From: Deltaproteobacteria bacterium
Lineage (GTDB): Bacteria > Desulfobacterota > Binatia > UBA1149 > CAITLU01
Assembly (NCBI GenBank): GCA_016218925.1
Contig: JACRCR010000160.1
Coordinates: forward strand, 23,677 to 87,676
Length of the DNA stretch: 64,000 nt
Direction of reading: 5' to 3'
The notes under the pieces were generated by a model that had not been told where the DNA came from, did no database searches, and saw only the letters and a program-made list of their open reading frames with translations. Shown here piece by piece: positions 19,256 to 29,383 of this stretch. The first letter of the stretch is position 1. The number at the start of each line of letters is the position of its first letter. The position numbers were made by a program, and so were the translations under genes.

Positions 19256-20677
19256 GTGGTCGCATCGCGCGCTGATCAACCAACCGCTTCGCGGAGTGCG
19301 GCGCGCGCGGCCGCGCCGGTGGAGGGCGTCGCTGGTCCGCGACCCGAACAGATCGAAGACCACATGCGTGCTCGGATGCGAGACGTTCTCGCCTCGCGCT
19401 CGACCGCTGCGGCGTTGGTAGTCCTGACCGGAACCGGCGCATTCTGCGCGATCAAACTCTGGTTGACGCCGGGCGCGGCGCTGTCGGGGTATGCGCCGCT
19501 GCTCGGGCTCGCGTTGTTTCAGGTCGTGGTGCTGATGTGCGTGCAGCGCGGCGCGACGACCTCGCTGCTGGAGCGGGTGCTGGTTGCGGACATGGCGGCG
19601 GTCTGCGCGGCGATCGCTTGGGCAGGAGTAGTACCGGGCCGCGCCACGGGTTCGGACTTTTTCCTGATGGGCCTGGCGATGCTCGGCGCCGCGCTGGTGC
19701 CGTGGAGACCGCGATCTCAGGCGACGCTCGCCGTGGTGGCCGCCATTGCGATCCTCGCCAACGCTTATGGTGCCAACGCAGCGATGACGGGCACGGTGGA
19801 CTTCCGCACCTTCGTGCCCGCGGCGGTGCTGCTCGGCGCGTCGGTGTACACCAGTTACACGTTGCAGGCGGCCGAGCTGCAGAGCGCGCGCGCCGACCTG
19901 CTGCGGCGAAGCGCCGAAGCGGAGACCAGGGAGCAGAGCATGATGCTCGAACGCAATGTCCTGGAGCGCACCGCGGAATTCCAGGCGGCCAACGACGAGC
20001 TCGAAGCTTTCAGCTACTCGGTATCGCACGATCTGCGTGCACCGCTGCGTGCGATGGACGCTCTGAGTCAGGCGCTGCTCGAGGACTACGGGGCCAGTCT
20101 CGACATCGATGCCAGGGACTACCTGCAGCGCATCCGCGGGGAGACGGGCCGCCTGGGAGATCTGATCGACGATCTCCTGCGTCTCTCCCGGGTGACCAGA
20201 TCGATCATGACGCGAGAAGTGGTCGATTTGAGCGCCGTCGCGTCGATCGAGGCGGCGAGGCTGCGCAGTTCGTGCCCGCAGCGCGACGTGCAATTCGTGA
20301 TCGCGCCCGGCATGCACGCGAGTTGTGACGGCGCCCTGGTTCGGGTGCTGCTCGAGAACCTGCTCGGGAACGCGTTCAAGTTCACTCGCAAGACGGCGCG
20401 TGCACGCATCGAGTTCGGTTTCGAGCAGCACGACTCCGGCCGCGTCTACGTGGTCAGGGACAACGGAGTCGGCTTCGACATGGCGCACGTCAGCAAGGTC
20501 TTCGAGGCGTTCGAGCGTCTGCACAGCGCAGACGATTTCGAAGGAACAGGAATCGGGCTGACCACCGCCGACCGGATCGTCCGCCGGCATGGCGGTACCA
20601 TCACGGCACATGCGCAACCCGGCGAGGGAGCCACGCTGCGCTTCACGCTGGGGCCCGCGGGGGAGGAGATTTCATGA
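19256..20677 (+). CDS. Membrane-bound sensor histidine kinase
   Basis: Several TM segments; SYSVSHDLRAPL H-box, NLLGNAFKF, DNGVGF, GTGIGL. Start uncertain. Confidence 0.9.
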   Translation: MVASRADQPTASRSAARAAAPVEGVAGPRPEQIEDHMRARMRDVLASRSTAAALVVLTGTGAFCAIKLWLTPGAALSGYAPLLGLALFQVVVLMCVQRGATTSLLERVLVADMAAVCAAIAWAGVVPGRATGSDFFLMGLAMLGAALVPWRPRSQATLAVVAAIAILANAYGANAAMTGTVDFRTFVPAAVLLGASVYTSYTLQAAELQSARADLLRRSAEAETREQSMMLERNVLERTAEFQAANDELEAFSYSVSHDLRAPLRAMDALSQALLEDYGASLDIDARDYLQRIRGETGRLGDLIDDLLRLSRVTRSIMTREVVDLSAVASIEAARLRSSCPQRDVQFVIAPGMHASCDGALVRVLLENLLGNAFKFTRKTARARIEFGFEQHDSGRVYVVRDNGVGFDMAHVSKVFEAFERLHSADDFEGTGIGLTTADRIVRRHGGTITAHAQPGEGATLRFTLGPAGEEIS

Positions 20678-21114
20678 ACGACCCGATCGTACTGTTGGTC
20701 GAAGACAACCCCAACGACGAACTGCTGACGATTCGCGCGCTGCGCAAGGAGAACATCGCCAACAACATAGTCGTTGCTCGCGATGGCCAGGAGGCGCTCG
20801 ATTATCTCTTCGGCAACGGAGCGTACGCCGGGCGCGATTTGTCGGTCCTGCCGCAGGTGATGCTGCTCGACCTCAAGTTGCCCAAGGTCAGCGGGCTGGA
20901 GGTGCTCGCGCGCGTGCGCGCCGACGAGAGGCTGAAGGCTCTTCCTGTGGTCATCCTGACGTCGTCGGCAATGGACCGCGACATCGTCGACGGCTATCGC
21001 CTCGGCGCCAACAGCTACGTTCAGAAATCGGTCAGCGCGGAGGATTTCAGGCAGGCAGTGCAGCGGCTCGGGCTGTTCTGGCTCCTGGTGAACAAGGTGC
21101 CGAGCACGTTCTGA
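20674..21114 (+). CDS. Single-domain response regulator
   Basis: LLVEDNPND, LLDLKLPK, ILTSS, GANSYV.K; ATGA overlap with the kinase. Confidence 0.93.
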   Translation: MNDPIVLLVEDNPNDELLTIRALRKENIANNIVVARDGQEALDYLFGNGAYAGRDLSVLPQVMLLDLKLPKVSGLEVLARVRADERLKALPVVILTSSAMDRDIVDGYRLGANSYVQKSVSAEDFRQAVQRLGLFWLLVNKVPSTF

Positions 21115-21220
21115 CCTCCCTGACCGATTCGAAGCCGCCCGAGGGACTGCGAGTCCGGATCGCGGCGCGCGGACGCGGCGGCCGCGCATCGATCGAAGGC
21201 ACGACGAGGAGGACGGCGAT

Positions 21221-21880
21221 ATGGCGCCAGTTGACGTCTACGAAGCGATGCGCACCACGCGAGCGGTGCGCAGACTGAGGTCCGATCCGATTCCCGACGA
21301 TGTGCTGCGGCGGGTGCTCGAGGCCGCGACCTGGGGGCCGACCGGCGGTAACCGTCAGCCGTGGCGCGTGATCGCAGTGCGCGACGCCGCCAAGAAGAGC
21401 CGCCTGCAGCAACTCTACGAAGCACCCTGGCGTGCCTACTCAGCCGCTCACCGAGAGGCACTGGCGGCGGCGCCGTCCGACGTCAACGAGCGCGATGCGC
21501 GGATGCTCGCGGCAGCCGACCACCTCGCATCGCACCTGGGCGAGGCTCCGGTGATCCTGGTCTTCTGCTTCAACGCCAGGTTGATGGCGATCACCGACTC
21601 GGTGCTCGACCGTCCCTCGGTGGTTGGTGGAGCATCCGTGTACCCGTCGGTGCAGAACACGCTGCTCGCGTGTCGCGCCGAAGGCCTCGGTTGCACGCTG
21701 ACGACGTTGCTGTGCATCGCTGAGCCGCAGGTCAAGGAACTGCTCGAGATTCCACAGGAATGGGGCACCTGCGCATTCGTTCCGATCGGCTATCCGGTCG
21801 GTCGCGGTCACGGCCCGGTCAGCCGTCGCCCGCTCGAGACCATGGCGTACGCCGACGCGTGGGGAGAACCGCTTCGTTGA
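21221..21880 (+). CDS. Nitroreductase family protein
   Basis: TTRAVRR, PTGGNRQPW, VQNTLLACRAEGLG, PIGYP. Confidence 0.9.
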   Translation: MAPVDVYEAMRTTRAVRRLRSDPIPDDVLRRVLEAATWGPTGGNRQPWRVIAVRDAAKKSRLQQLYEAPWRAYSAAHREALAAAPSDVNERDARMLAAADHLASHLGEAPVILVFCFNARLMAITDSVLDRPSVVGGASVYPSVQNTLLACRAEGLGCTLTTLLCIAEPQVKELLEIPQEWGTCAFVPIGYPVGRGHGPVSRRPLETMAYADAWGEPLR

Positions 21881-22746
21881 GACCGGGCGGCCGACATCAC
21901 CGCGGATGGCGACTGGCCGCCCGGTGCGTCGCGACCGTCGTGCTCGCGCGGCTGGGTGTGGCGACGCTGGCGCTTGTGGATGTCGTTGCGCTCGCGTCGC
22001 TGGACATCGGTGCGCTCGCACAGACGGAGCCGCCCCGGAGCGCCGCGGCCGATGCGCGCGCCGGCGCGCTGGCACGCGAGATTCTCGATCACGTCGACGA
22101 CCTGTTTCGCGGGCAGGCCAGTCACGGGCGTGCGCGCATGAGCGTCACCACCGAGCACTGGCAGCGCAGCCTCGAGCTGGAGTTCTGGAGCAAGGGCAAG
22201 GAGCGATCGCTGATCCGCATCACTGCGCCGAAGAAGGAGCAGGACACCGCCACTTTGCGTTCGGGAAACGACCTGTGGAACTTCCTTCCCAAGGTGAAGC
22301 GCGTCGTCAAGCTACCCTCCTCGATGCTCGGTGCGTCGTGGATGGGCTCGCACTTCAGCAACGACGATCTGGTCAAAGACAGTCGCATGGCCGACGACTA
22401 CGCGCTTTCGATCAGTTTTCGTGGCGTTCGCGACGGCGCCGAGGTGATCGAGGTCACCGGTATCCCGCACCCCGACGCCGCAGTGGTGTGGGGCAAGGTG
22501 GTCGTGGAGGTACTGGCCGCCGACCGGATGCCGCGGGCTATCGGCTACTACGACGAACAGATGAAACTGGCGCGGACACTGACATACCACGACGTCGCCG
22601 CCTTGGGCGGGCGCCGCCTGCCGACGCGGATGTCGATGCAGCCGGCCGACGAGACCGCCGAGTCCACCGAGGTGCTCTGGCTCGAGATCGCCTTCGACGT
22701 CGATCTGCCGGACGAGATGTTCTCGCTGCGCAGCCTGCAGCAGTGA
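21877..22746 (+). CDS. Outer-membrane lipoprotein-sorting (LolA-like) periplasmic protein
   Basis: LIRITAPKKE, LWNFLP, SWMGSHFSNDDL, FSLRSL. Start uncertain (TTG 21877 overlapping the upstream stop, or GTG 21940). Confidence 0.82.
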   Translation: MRPGGRHHRGWRLAARCVATVVLARLGVATLALVDVVALASLDIGALAQTEPPRSAAADARAGALAREILDHVDDLFRGQASHGRARMSVTTEHWQRSLELEFWSKGKERSLIRITAPKKEQDTATLRSGNDLWNFLPKVKRVVKLPSSMLGASWMGSHFSNDDLVKDSRMADDYALSISFRGVRDGAEVIEVTGIPHPDAAVVWGKVVVEVLAADRMPRAIGYYDEQMKLARTLTYHDVAALGGRRLPTRMSMQPADETAESTEVLWLEIAFDVDLPDEMFSLRSLQQ

Positions 22747-22752
22747 CGTGCG

Positions 22753-23964
22753 ATGATACGGATGGGCTGGCGAAATCTGTGGCGCAACCGGCGGCGCACC
22801 GCATTGACGATGACCACGGTGGGTTTTGCCACCGCGATCCTGGTGCTCACGCAGGCGCTGATGCACGGGATGGTAGAAGGTACCGCGCGCAACGCCACCG
22901 ACACTTTCGTCGGTGAGGTACAGGTTCACGCGCCTGGCTGGGTCACCGACCGTTCCTTCTACAATTCGCTGGCGGCGCCGCGTCCGGTTCTGGCCGCGCT
23001 CGCCGAGGCTGGCCTGCCCGCGGCTCCCAGAGCGTACGGCTTCGGCCTGACCGCGCGCGCCAACAAATCGGCAGGCGCGATGTTCTGGGGCGTCGACCCG
23101 GCCGCCGAGGCCGGTGCGTTCGATCTGCCCGCGAGTCTGGAACGCGGCAGCTTCCTGACGGCGGCGGCCAGCCGCGAGGTGGTGCTGGGGCGCAAGCTGG
23201 CGCGCTCGCTCGAAGCTGACGTCGGCAGCGAAGTCATAGCGGTGGTCGAAGCCGGCGACGGGTCGATAGGCAACGAGCTGTTCACCGTGGTCGGCATTCT
23301 GCAGGGACTCGGCGAGACCGCCGATCGCAGCGCGGCGATCCTGCACAGCGACGACTTCAACGCTCTCTTCGTAGCCGGCGGGCGCATCCATGAGATCGCC
23401 GTCAATACACGCGGCGCGGTCGCGCCGGATCGGCTCGAAGCTCGTGTGGTCGCGCTCGCCCGCGACGCCGACGTCCGCACCTGGCGCGAACTGCTGCCGA
23501 TGGTTTCCGACATGCTCGGCGTGCTCGACGCGAGCCTGTGGATCTTCTCGTCGGTGTTCCTGCTGGCGGCGGGCCTCGGAGTGACCAACACGATGTTGAT
23601 GGCCGTCTACGAGCGCACCCACGAGTTCGGCGTGCTCAAGGCGCTCGGAACGCCGCCGCTGCGCATCGCCGCCGATGTCGCCGTCGAGGCGCTGCTGCTG
23701 GCGGTGGTCGCCACGGGTATCGGTGCCGGCGCAGGGACGGCCGGCGCGCTGGCGCTGCAACGCTGGGGAATCGACACCGCTGCCTGGGCAGGTTCGACTT
23801 CGCTGGCCGGTGTCGCGTTCGATCCGATCTGGCGTGCGAGCTTCTCGCTCGGCGCGCTGACGACGCCGGTGCTGACCATGTGGCTCGTCTGTGTGTTGGC
23901 GGCCGTGTATCCGGCCGCCTCGGTGGCCAGGCTGCGGGCTGTCGAAGCCATCGGCCGCACCTGA
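22753..23964 (+). CDS. ABC transporter permease (LolE/MacB-FtsX type)
   Basis: WRNLWRNRRRT, NTMLMAVYERTHEFGVLKALG. Confidence 0.92.
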   Translation: MIRMGWRNLWRNRRRTALTMTTVGFATAILVLTQALMHGMVEGTARNATDTFVGEVQVHAPGWVTDRSFYNSLAAPRPVLAALAEAGLPAAPRAYGFGLTARANKSAGAMFWGVDPAAEAGAFDLPASLERGSFLTAAASREVVLGRKLARSLEADVGSEVIAVVEAGDGSIGNELFTVVGILQGLGETADRSAAILHSDDFNALFVAGGRIHEIAVNTRGAVAPDRLEARVVALARDADVRTWRELLPMVSDMLGVLDASLWIFSSVFLLAAGLGVTNTMLMAVYERTHEFGVLKALGTPPLRIAADVAVEALLLAVVATGIGAGAGTAGALALQRWGIDTAAWAGSTSLAGVAFDPIWRASFSLGALTTPVLTMWLVCVLAAVYPAASVARLRAVEAIGRT

Positions 23965-23972
23965 GGAAGGCG

Positions 23973-25214
23973 ATGATCGCACGCATGGCATGGCGCAATC
24001 TGTGGCGCCGCAAACGACGGACGCTGATCACGGTGGCTTCGATCTCTCTGGGTCTGGCGTGCGTGGTGTTCTTCCTTTCGCTCGCTGAAGGTGTCTACGC
24101 GCAGCTGGTCGACGACGCGGTGCGGATGCTGGCCGGCCACGTGACGGTCGAGCACGAGTCGTACCGCGACGCACCGGCGGTCGACCTGGTGGTCGCCGAT
24201 GCCTCGTCGCTGCGACGCCGCATCGAAGGCGTGGAGGCGGTAGCAGCGACGAAGCTGCTGATCGCCGGCCAGGGAATCGCCCGAAGCGGACGCGGAGCGG
24301 TCGGCGTTTCGATAGTCGGCGTCGAACCGCAGGTCGAGGCGAAGACCTCGCCGCTGGCGCGCAAGATGATTGCGGGGCGTTATCTCGAGTCCGGCGACGA
24401 GAGTCTGGCGGTGATCGGCAGCGCACTGGCCGAGCGGCTCGGACTGACCCCGGGCAACAAGCTCGTGATTGCGAGCAACGATCGCGACGGCAACCTGGTC
24501 GAGCGACTTTTTCGTGTCAGCGGGATCTTCAAGACCGGTGCCGAAGAGATCGACGGCTATCTGGTGGAAGTGCGCCTGGCCGACTCGCGCGGGCTGTTCG
24601 GCCTGGGCGCGGACGACGTGACCCAACTCGGCGTGCTGGTCCGCCCCGGCTACGACCCCGCGCGTCTGCGCGAGCAATTGGCCGCGGCGATCGGCGACGC
24701 AGAGATCGGCCGCCTGAACCTGGCGGTGCGTCCGTGGCAGGAGGTGATTCCCGAACTCGCCGCCTTCATACGTCTCGACCGCGTGTCCGACCACACCTTT
24801 CAGGCCCTGCTGGTGGTGCTGGTGCTGTCGACGATCCTGAACACGCTGGTGATGGCGGTGCTCGAGCGCGAGCGCGAACTGGGCGTGATGCTGGCTCTGG
24901 GGACCTCGCGCGGGCGGCTGGCGACGCTGGTACTGGTGGAGGCCGCGATTCTGGCCGCGATCGGTTGCACGGCCGGACTCGCGCTCGGCGGCGCCGTTTC
25001 GGGTCTCGTACAGGTGTACGGATGGGATCTGAGCAGCCTGTATCCCAACGGGATGACTCTTTCGGGACTGGCCTTGTCGACGACGATCCATGCGCGCGTG
25101 AGCGCGCACAAACTCTTCGTCATCGGCGCGCTGGTCTTCGCCGCGACGGTGATCCTGGCGCTGTTCCCGGCCTTTCGCGCGGCCCGGGTCAGCGCCCTCG
25201 AGGGTGCGCGATGA
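23973..25214 (+). CDS. ABC transporter permease (LolE/MacB-FtsX type)
   Basis: WRNLWRRKRRT, NTLVMAVLERERELGVMLALG. Confidence 0.92.
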   Translation: MIARMAWRNLWRRKRRTLITVASISLGLACVVFFLSLAEGVYAQLVDDAVRMLAGHVTVEHESYRDAPAVDLVVADASSLRRRIEGVEAVAATKLLIAGQGIARSGRGAVGVSIVGVEPQVEAKTSPLARKMIAGRYLESGDESLAVIGSALAERLGLTPGNKLVIASNDRDGNLVERLFRVSGIFKTGAEEIDGYLVEVRLADSRGLFGLGADDVTQLGVLVRPGYDPARLREQLAAAIGDAEIGRLNLAVRPWQEVIPELAAFIRLDRVSDHTFQALLVVLVLSTILNTLVMAVLERERELGVMLALGTSRGRLATLVLVEAAILAAIGCTAGLALGGAVSGLVQVYGWDLSSLYPNGMTLSGLALSTTIHARVSAHKLFVIGALVFAATVILALFPAFRAARVSALEGAR

Positions 25215-25960
25215 TTTCGCAGTCGAGTTGCCGAGGCGCCGGTGGATCCGGCCGCGTGATGCTGCGGCTGGCGTCGGTGACGAAGGAGTATCGCGACGGC
25301 GAAGTCGTCGTCCGGGCGCTACGCGGCGTCGATCTGGAGATCGGCGCGGGCGAATTCGTGGCGATGGCGGGACCTTCAGGCTCGGGCAAGAGTACGCTGC
25401 TGCACATCGCCGGAGCGCTCGACCGGCCGACGGCGGGAAGCGTCGAAGTGGACGGCCACGATCTCGCCACGCTCAGCGAGCGCGAGCTGGCGCGCCTGCG
25501 GCGCGACCGCATCGGCTTCGTGTTCCAGAGTTACAATCTGATCCCGGTGCTGACTGCAGCCGAGAACGCCGAATACATACTGATGCTCCAGGGAGTCGCC
25601 GCAGCGGCGCGTCGCCAGCGCGTGCGTGAGCTGCTGGCGGAGGTGGGTCTGACGGGCCTCGAAGACCGCTACCCGCGCGAACTCTCGGGAGGACAACAGC
25701 AGCGCGTCGCGATCGCGCGCTCGCTGGCTTCGGGTCCGGCTCTGGTGCTGGCCGATGAGCCCACCGCCAACGTCGACACGGCCACGGCCGATTCGCTGCT
25801 CGATTTGATGGAAAGGATGCACCACCAGCGCGGCGTCACGTTTCTGTTCTCGACTCACGATCCGCGCGTGATGCGCCGCTCTCACCGCTTGCTGGGACTC
25901 GTAGACGGACGCATCGAAGGCGACGGTGCGCCAGCCGATCTGCTCGATGGCAGGCTCTGA
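25211..25960 (+). CDS. ABC transporter ATP-binding protein (LolD-like)
   Basis: GPSGSGKST, LSGGQQQRVAIAR, LADEPT, STHD. Confidence 0.95.
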   Translation: MISQSSCRGAGGSGRVMLRLASVTKEYRDGEVVVRALRGVDLEIGAGEFVAMAGPSGSGKSTLLHIAGALDRPTAGSVEVDGHDLATLSERELARLRRDRIGFVFQSYNLIPVLTAAENAEYILMLQGVAAAARRQRVRELLAEVGLTGLEDRYPRELSGGQQQRVAIARSLASGPALVLADEPTANVDTATADSLLDLMERMHHQRGVTFLFSTHDPRVMRRSHRLLGLVDGRIEGDGAPADLLDGRL

Positions 25961-27296
25961 CCCGAGCGTTACCGCCGCTCGCCGCTGCGCGTCGCTGGTC
26001 GTAGCGGGGCTGTGGCTGGCGGCGGCGACGCCCGTCGCGGCGCTGCTCGGTGACGTCGAGGGCAGCGGCGGCCTCGACGCGAACCTGCGCACGACGGTGC
26101 TGGGCATCGACAACTACCATGCACCTGCGCTGCTGGGCGACCACGACTTCGACATGGCCTCGCAGACCCTGCTGCGCGCCGTCATCGCCGGACGCCCGAG
26201 CGACAGCCTGCGCTACGAAGTGCACGCCGTGCAGTCACTGGAGCAATCGACCGCGACCGGCGGCGCGGCCGCCGGTCTGGCGTCGCCGGTTGGCCCGTCG
26301 TCGTCGAACCGTGAACTGCGATATCGCGCGCTCGACTTCACCTGGGCGCAGGACGACCGTGGTCAGTGGCGCAGCGGCCTGGTGCTGGACCGTGCCAACG
26401 CGACGTTGCGGCTAGGGGCTTTCGACGTGACCGCGGGCCGTCAGGCCATCACTTTCGGCCACACCTTCTTCTGGAGCCCGCTCGACGTGTTCTCGCCGTT
26501 CGACGCGCAGCAGTTCGACCGAGACTACAAACCCGGTGTCGATGCGTTGCGGGTGGACGGCGATCTCGGCGCTCTCAGCGGCGTCACCTTGGTGGCCAGT
26601 GCGGGGCGCAGCATCGACGCGGCAGGCCAGGCTGCGCACGGCGGCTTTGCCGACGCGTCGTGGACAGGGTCGGCGCTGCTCGCGCGTGCATTCACGAACG
26701 TGGCGGGCTGGGACCTGGAGATCCAGGCGGGCAAGGTGTACGCCGGCTGGCAAGTCGGGCTGGGCGCCACCGGTGAATGGCTCGGAGTGGACCTGCGGGT
26801 CGAGATGGCGGCGTTGCGCGCCGATTCCAGCCCGCCGCTGGTCATCGACTTGCCGGCGCCGATGCCGGATCTGGTGCGCGATGCCGAGACTCTCGTCGTC
26901 GGGGCGGGGCGTCGCTTCGATAACTCTCTGGATCTGCACGCGGAATATTTCCTGAACGGCAGCGGCGACGCCGATGATCTGGCGACCTCGCTCGCGCGCG
27001 TGTCGGGCGGTGCGTTGCTCGCCGCCAGCCGTCATCTGATCGGTGTTACCGCGGCCTACGAGCTGCTGCCGATCCTGGTCGCGCGACTGTCGTGGATCGT
27101 CTCGCTGGAAGACGGCTCGGGGCAGGTGCAGCCGGGTCTGACCTGGTCGGCCGCCGACAACGTCGAAGTGTTGCTGGGCGCCTTCGTCTCGCACGGGCAG
27201 CGTCCCGATACGCCGGACTCGGGATCGGTAGATTTCCGCAGCGAGTTCGGCAGTTATCCGAGCGTGCTGTATCTGCAGCCGAAGATCTACTTCTGA
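25947..27296 (+). CDS. Putative outer-membrane beta-barrel protein
   Basis: Signal peptide, GRQAITFG, DRDYKPGVDA, amphipathic strands, C-terminal ..KIYF. Confidence 0.75.
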   Translation: MAGSDPSVTAARRCASLVVAGLWLAAATPVAALLGDVEGSGGLDANLRTTVLGIDNYHAPALLGDHDFDMASQTLLRAVIAGRPSDSLRYEVHAVQSLEQSTATGGAAAGLASPVGPSSSNRELRYRALDFTWAQDDRGQWRSGLVLDRANATLRLGAFDVTAGRQAITFGHTFFWSPLDVFSPFDAQQFDRDYKPGVDALRVDGDLGALSGVTLVASAGRSIDAAGQAAHGGFADASWTGSALLARAFTNVAGWDLEIQAGKVYAGWQVGLGATGEWLGVDLRVEMAALRADSSPPLVIDLPAPMPDLVRDAETLVVGAGRRFDNSLDLHAEYFLNGSGDADDLATSLARVSGGALLAASRHLIGVTAAYELLPILVARLSWIVSLEDGSGQVQPGLTWSAADNVEVLLGAFVSHGQRPDTPDSGSVDFRSEFGSYPSVLYLQPKIYF

Positions 27297-27336
27297 GCGC
27301 CTCGGCGCTATCTCGTGGCAGGCGCGGAACGCGAGC

Positions 27337-28536
27337 CTACAGCATCGCAATCGCCTTGATCGCCATCACCTCGTTGGTGGCGTCCATGATCTGCAGCAGC
27401 TTGGCGTCGCGCATGTACTTCTCCAGACCGTACTCCTTGGAGATGCCGTATCCGCCGAGTACCTGAACCATCTCTACCGTGTGCTTCATCGCCATGTTGG
27501 TCGCGAAGACCCGCGCCGCCGCCGACAGCTTGAGGTCTCCGAGCGCGCTCTGCGCCAGAGTCCACGACGCTTTCCACAGCAGCCCGCGCGCCGCCTCGAT
27601 CGCCTGGAAGCACTCGAAGAAGCGAAACCCTATCGCTTCGTGCTCGACGATCGGCCTGCCGAACTGCACCCGCTGCTTGGCGTAGCCGAGCGCTTCTTCG
27701 TACGCCGCCCTCATCAAACCGACGGCGAGATAGCCGACTCCGATGTTGCCGACGGTCTTTATGGCATTGTGGATCATCGGATAGTTCTCGCTCGGCGGTA
27801 CCAGCATGTAATCGGCGGGAATGCGTGCGCCGTCGAAAGCGACCGCCGCCTGGTTGAGCGCTCTCATGCCGATCTTGTCGAGCGCGTTGCCGCGCTGTAC
27901 TTTCTCGCCGAGCGGCACCAGGAACACACCGGAGCCTGGAATCCCCTTTGACGGGTCGACGCACGCGAAAACCAGAAAGAGGTCGGCGATGCCGCCGTTG
28001 CTGACGAAGCTCGACTTCTCGCCGTCGATCCGCCAATGGCCGCCGTCGCTGGTAGCGCGAGTGGCGTGGTGCACTGAGGGATCGTGATAGTTGCTGCCGT
28101 CCGAGCCGATGTTCCCTTCCGAGCTGCCCCACGCGGTGATGAGAGCACCGGTGTCGTCTTCGCAGTAGGGCCGCACGAACCTTTCGATCATGTCCTTGCG
28201 GTCGGGCGCCAGCACGCTGACGAACAACGGTGCCACCGGTGCGGCGAGCAACGTGGCGGTGATGCCGATCCCTCCCACGGCCAGTTCTTCCCACACGAGT
28301 GCGGTGGTCAGCGGGTCCAGCCCCATTCCGCCGAACTCTTCGCGGATTCCCATCTTGCCGAATCCGAGCTCGAAGGCCTGAGCGAGGACGTCTCTGAAAA
28401 TCGCGCTGGTGAACACTTCGTCGGGGTTGGCGATCCTGTCGAGCGCGATCTCGGCCGGGCGCAGGACTTCGCGCGCGAATCTTCGCGCGAGTCCCTGGAT
28501 TTCGAGCTGCTGGCGGGTTGGCGAGAAGTCGATCAT
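27337..28536 (-). CDS. Acyl-CoA dehydrogenase
   Basis: MIDFSPT start (ATGA overlap with the upstream gene), EELAVG, GSDG, RVQFGRPI, QVLGGYG, YMRDAK. Confidence 0.92.
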   Translation of the reverse strand: MIDFSPTRQQLEIQGLARRFAREVLRPAEIALDRIANPDEVFTSAIFRDVLAQAFELGFGKMGIREEFGGMGLDPLTTALVWEELAVGGIGITATLLAAPVAPLFVSVLAPDRKDMIERFVRPYCEDDTGALITAWGSSEGNIGSDGSNYHDPSVHHATRATSDGGHWRIDGEKSSFVSNGGIADLFLVFACVDPSKGIPGSGVFLVPLGEKVQRGNALDKIGMRALNQAAVAFDGARIPADYMLVPPSENYPMIHNAIKTVGNIGVGYLAVGLMRAAYEEALGYAKQRVQFGRPIVEHEAIGFRFFECFQAIEAARGLLWKASWTLAQSALGDLKLSAAARVFATNMAMKHTVEMVQVLGGYGISKEYGLEKYMRDAKLLQIMDATNEVMAIKAIAML

Positions 28537-29303
28537 CTCTCGAATCCCCAGTCGGTGCGTGCGAAGCAGTGCGGAAGGAACGCCGACGAGTCGGCCTCGC
28601 CGACGATCTCTCCGGGAAGCATGCGGTTGGTGCTGGTGAAATAGTACGAAGTGATCGGCTGAACGCATTCGATCTCGTTCCACGGATCGAACGGCGAGGG
28701 CTGGAAGGCGATCTCGCCGGGACCCATCTCGAATGCGTGGTACTCGACCTCGGTCTTTTGTCTGACCACCAGCACCGGGCCTTCGAACCCCGGCTTCAGG
28801 TCGGCCCTCGGCATGAACTTGAACAGAAAACTCGGGCCGACTTTGAGAGGCGGCTGATCCATCTTCACCTCGAGGTTGGCCGTCACCGTGACGAACCGGA
28901 CTCCCTTCCTCTCGATCCAGCCGGTCGCGACATCGCCCTGGCGTGACAGGTGAATGTTGCCGGTCTTCTTGGGAAAACCGTAGATCTCCCTGCCGTTGAA
29001 GATCCGATCGTCGCTGCCGTCCAGAGGCATCGAAAGACAGTAGTTGCCGATCTCTCCGCGGTACTGGCAGCGCACGAAGATCGCGCCCTCGCGATATCCC
29101 GGCCCGAGGTTGGTCTCGGGGAATCTGCAGATGTAGACCAGCGCCCACGGCTCGGCGGCGGGCTCGAGCGGCGGCGGAAGCAGCCGCGAGACGATCTGCG
29201 GCCGTGTCTCGTAGAGCAGCCCGAGCATCTCGGCCCCCGGAAACTCACGCACCGCGTGCCGGTAGTAACTGTCGATTTCCTCGCTCGACTTTACGAATCC
29301 CAC
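28533..29303 (-). CDS. Acetoacetate decarboxylase family protein
   Basis: LLPPPLEP, GREIYGFPKK Schiff-base Lys motif. Confidence 0.88.
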   Translation of the reverse strand: MGFVKSSEEIDSYYRHAVREFPGAEMLGLLYETRPQIVSRLLPPPLEPAAEPWALVYICRFPETNLGPGYREGAIFVRCQYRGEIGNYCLSMPLDGSDDRIFNGREIYGFPKKTGNIHLSRQGDVATGWIERKGVRFVTVTANLEVKMDQPPLKVGPSFLFKFMPRADLKPGFEGPVLVVRQKTEVEYHAFEMGPGEIAFQPSPFDPWNEIECVQPITSYYFTSTNRMLPGEIVGEADSSAFLPHCFARTDWGFER

Positions 29304-29383
29304 TGTCGTCTCCTGGTCCGGAATCTGCGTGCAGCGGCTTGCACGAAGGCTATCCGGCGGCGGCTGGTTCGCCGTTGGTTACG

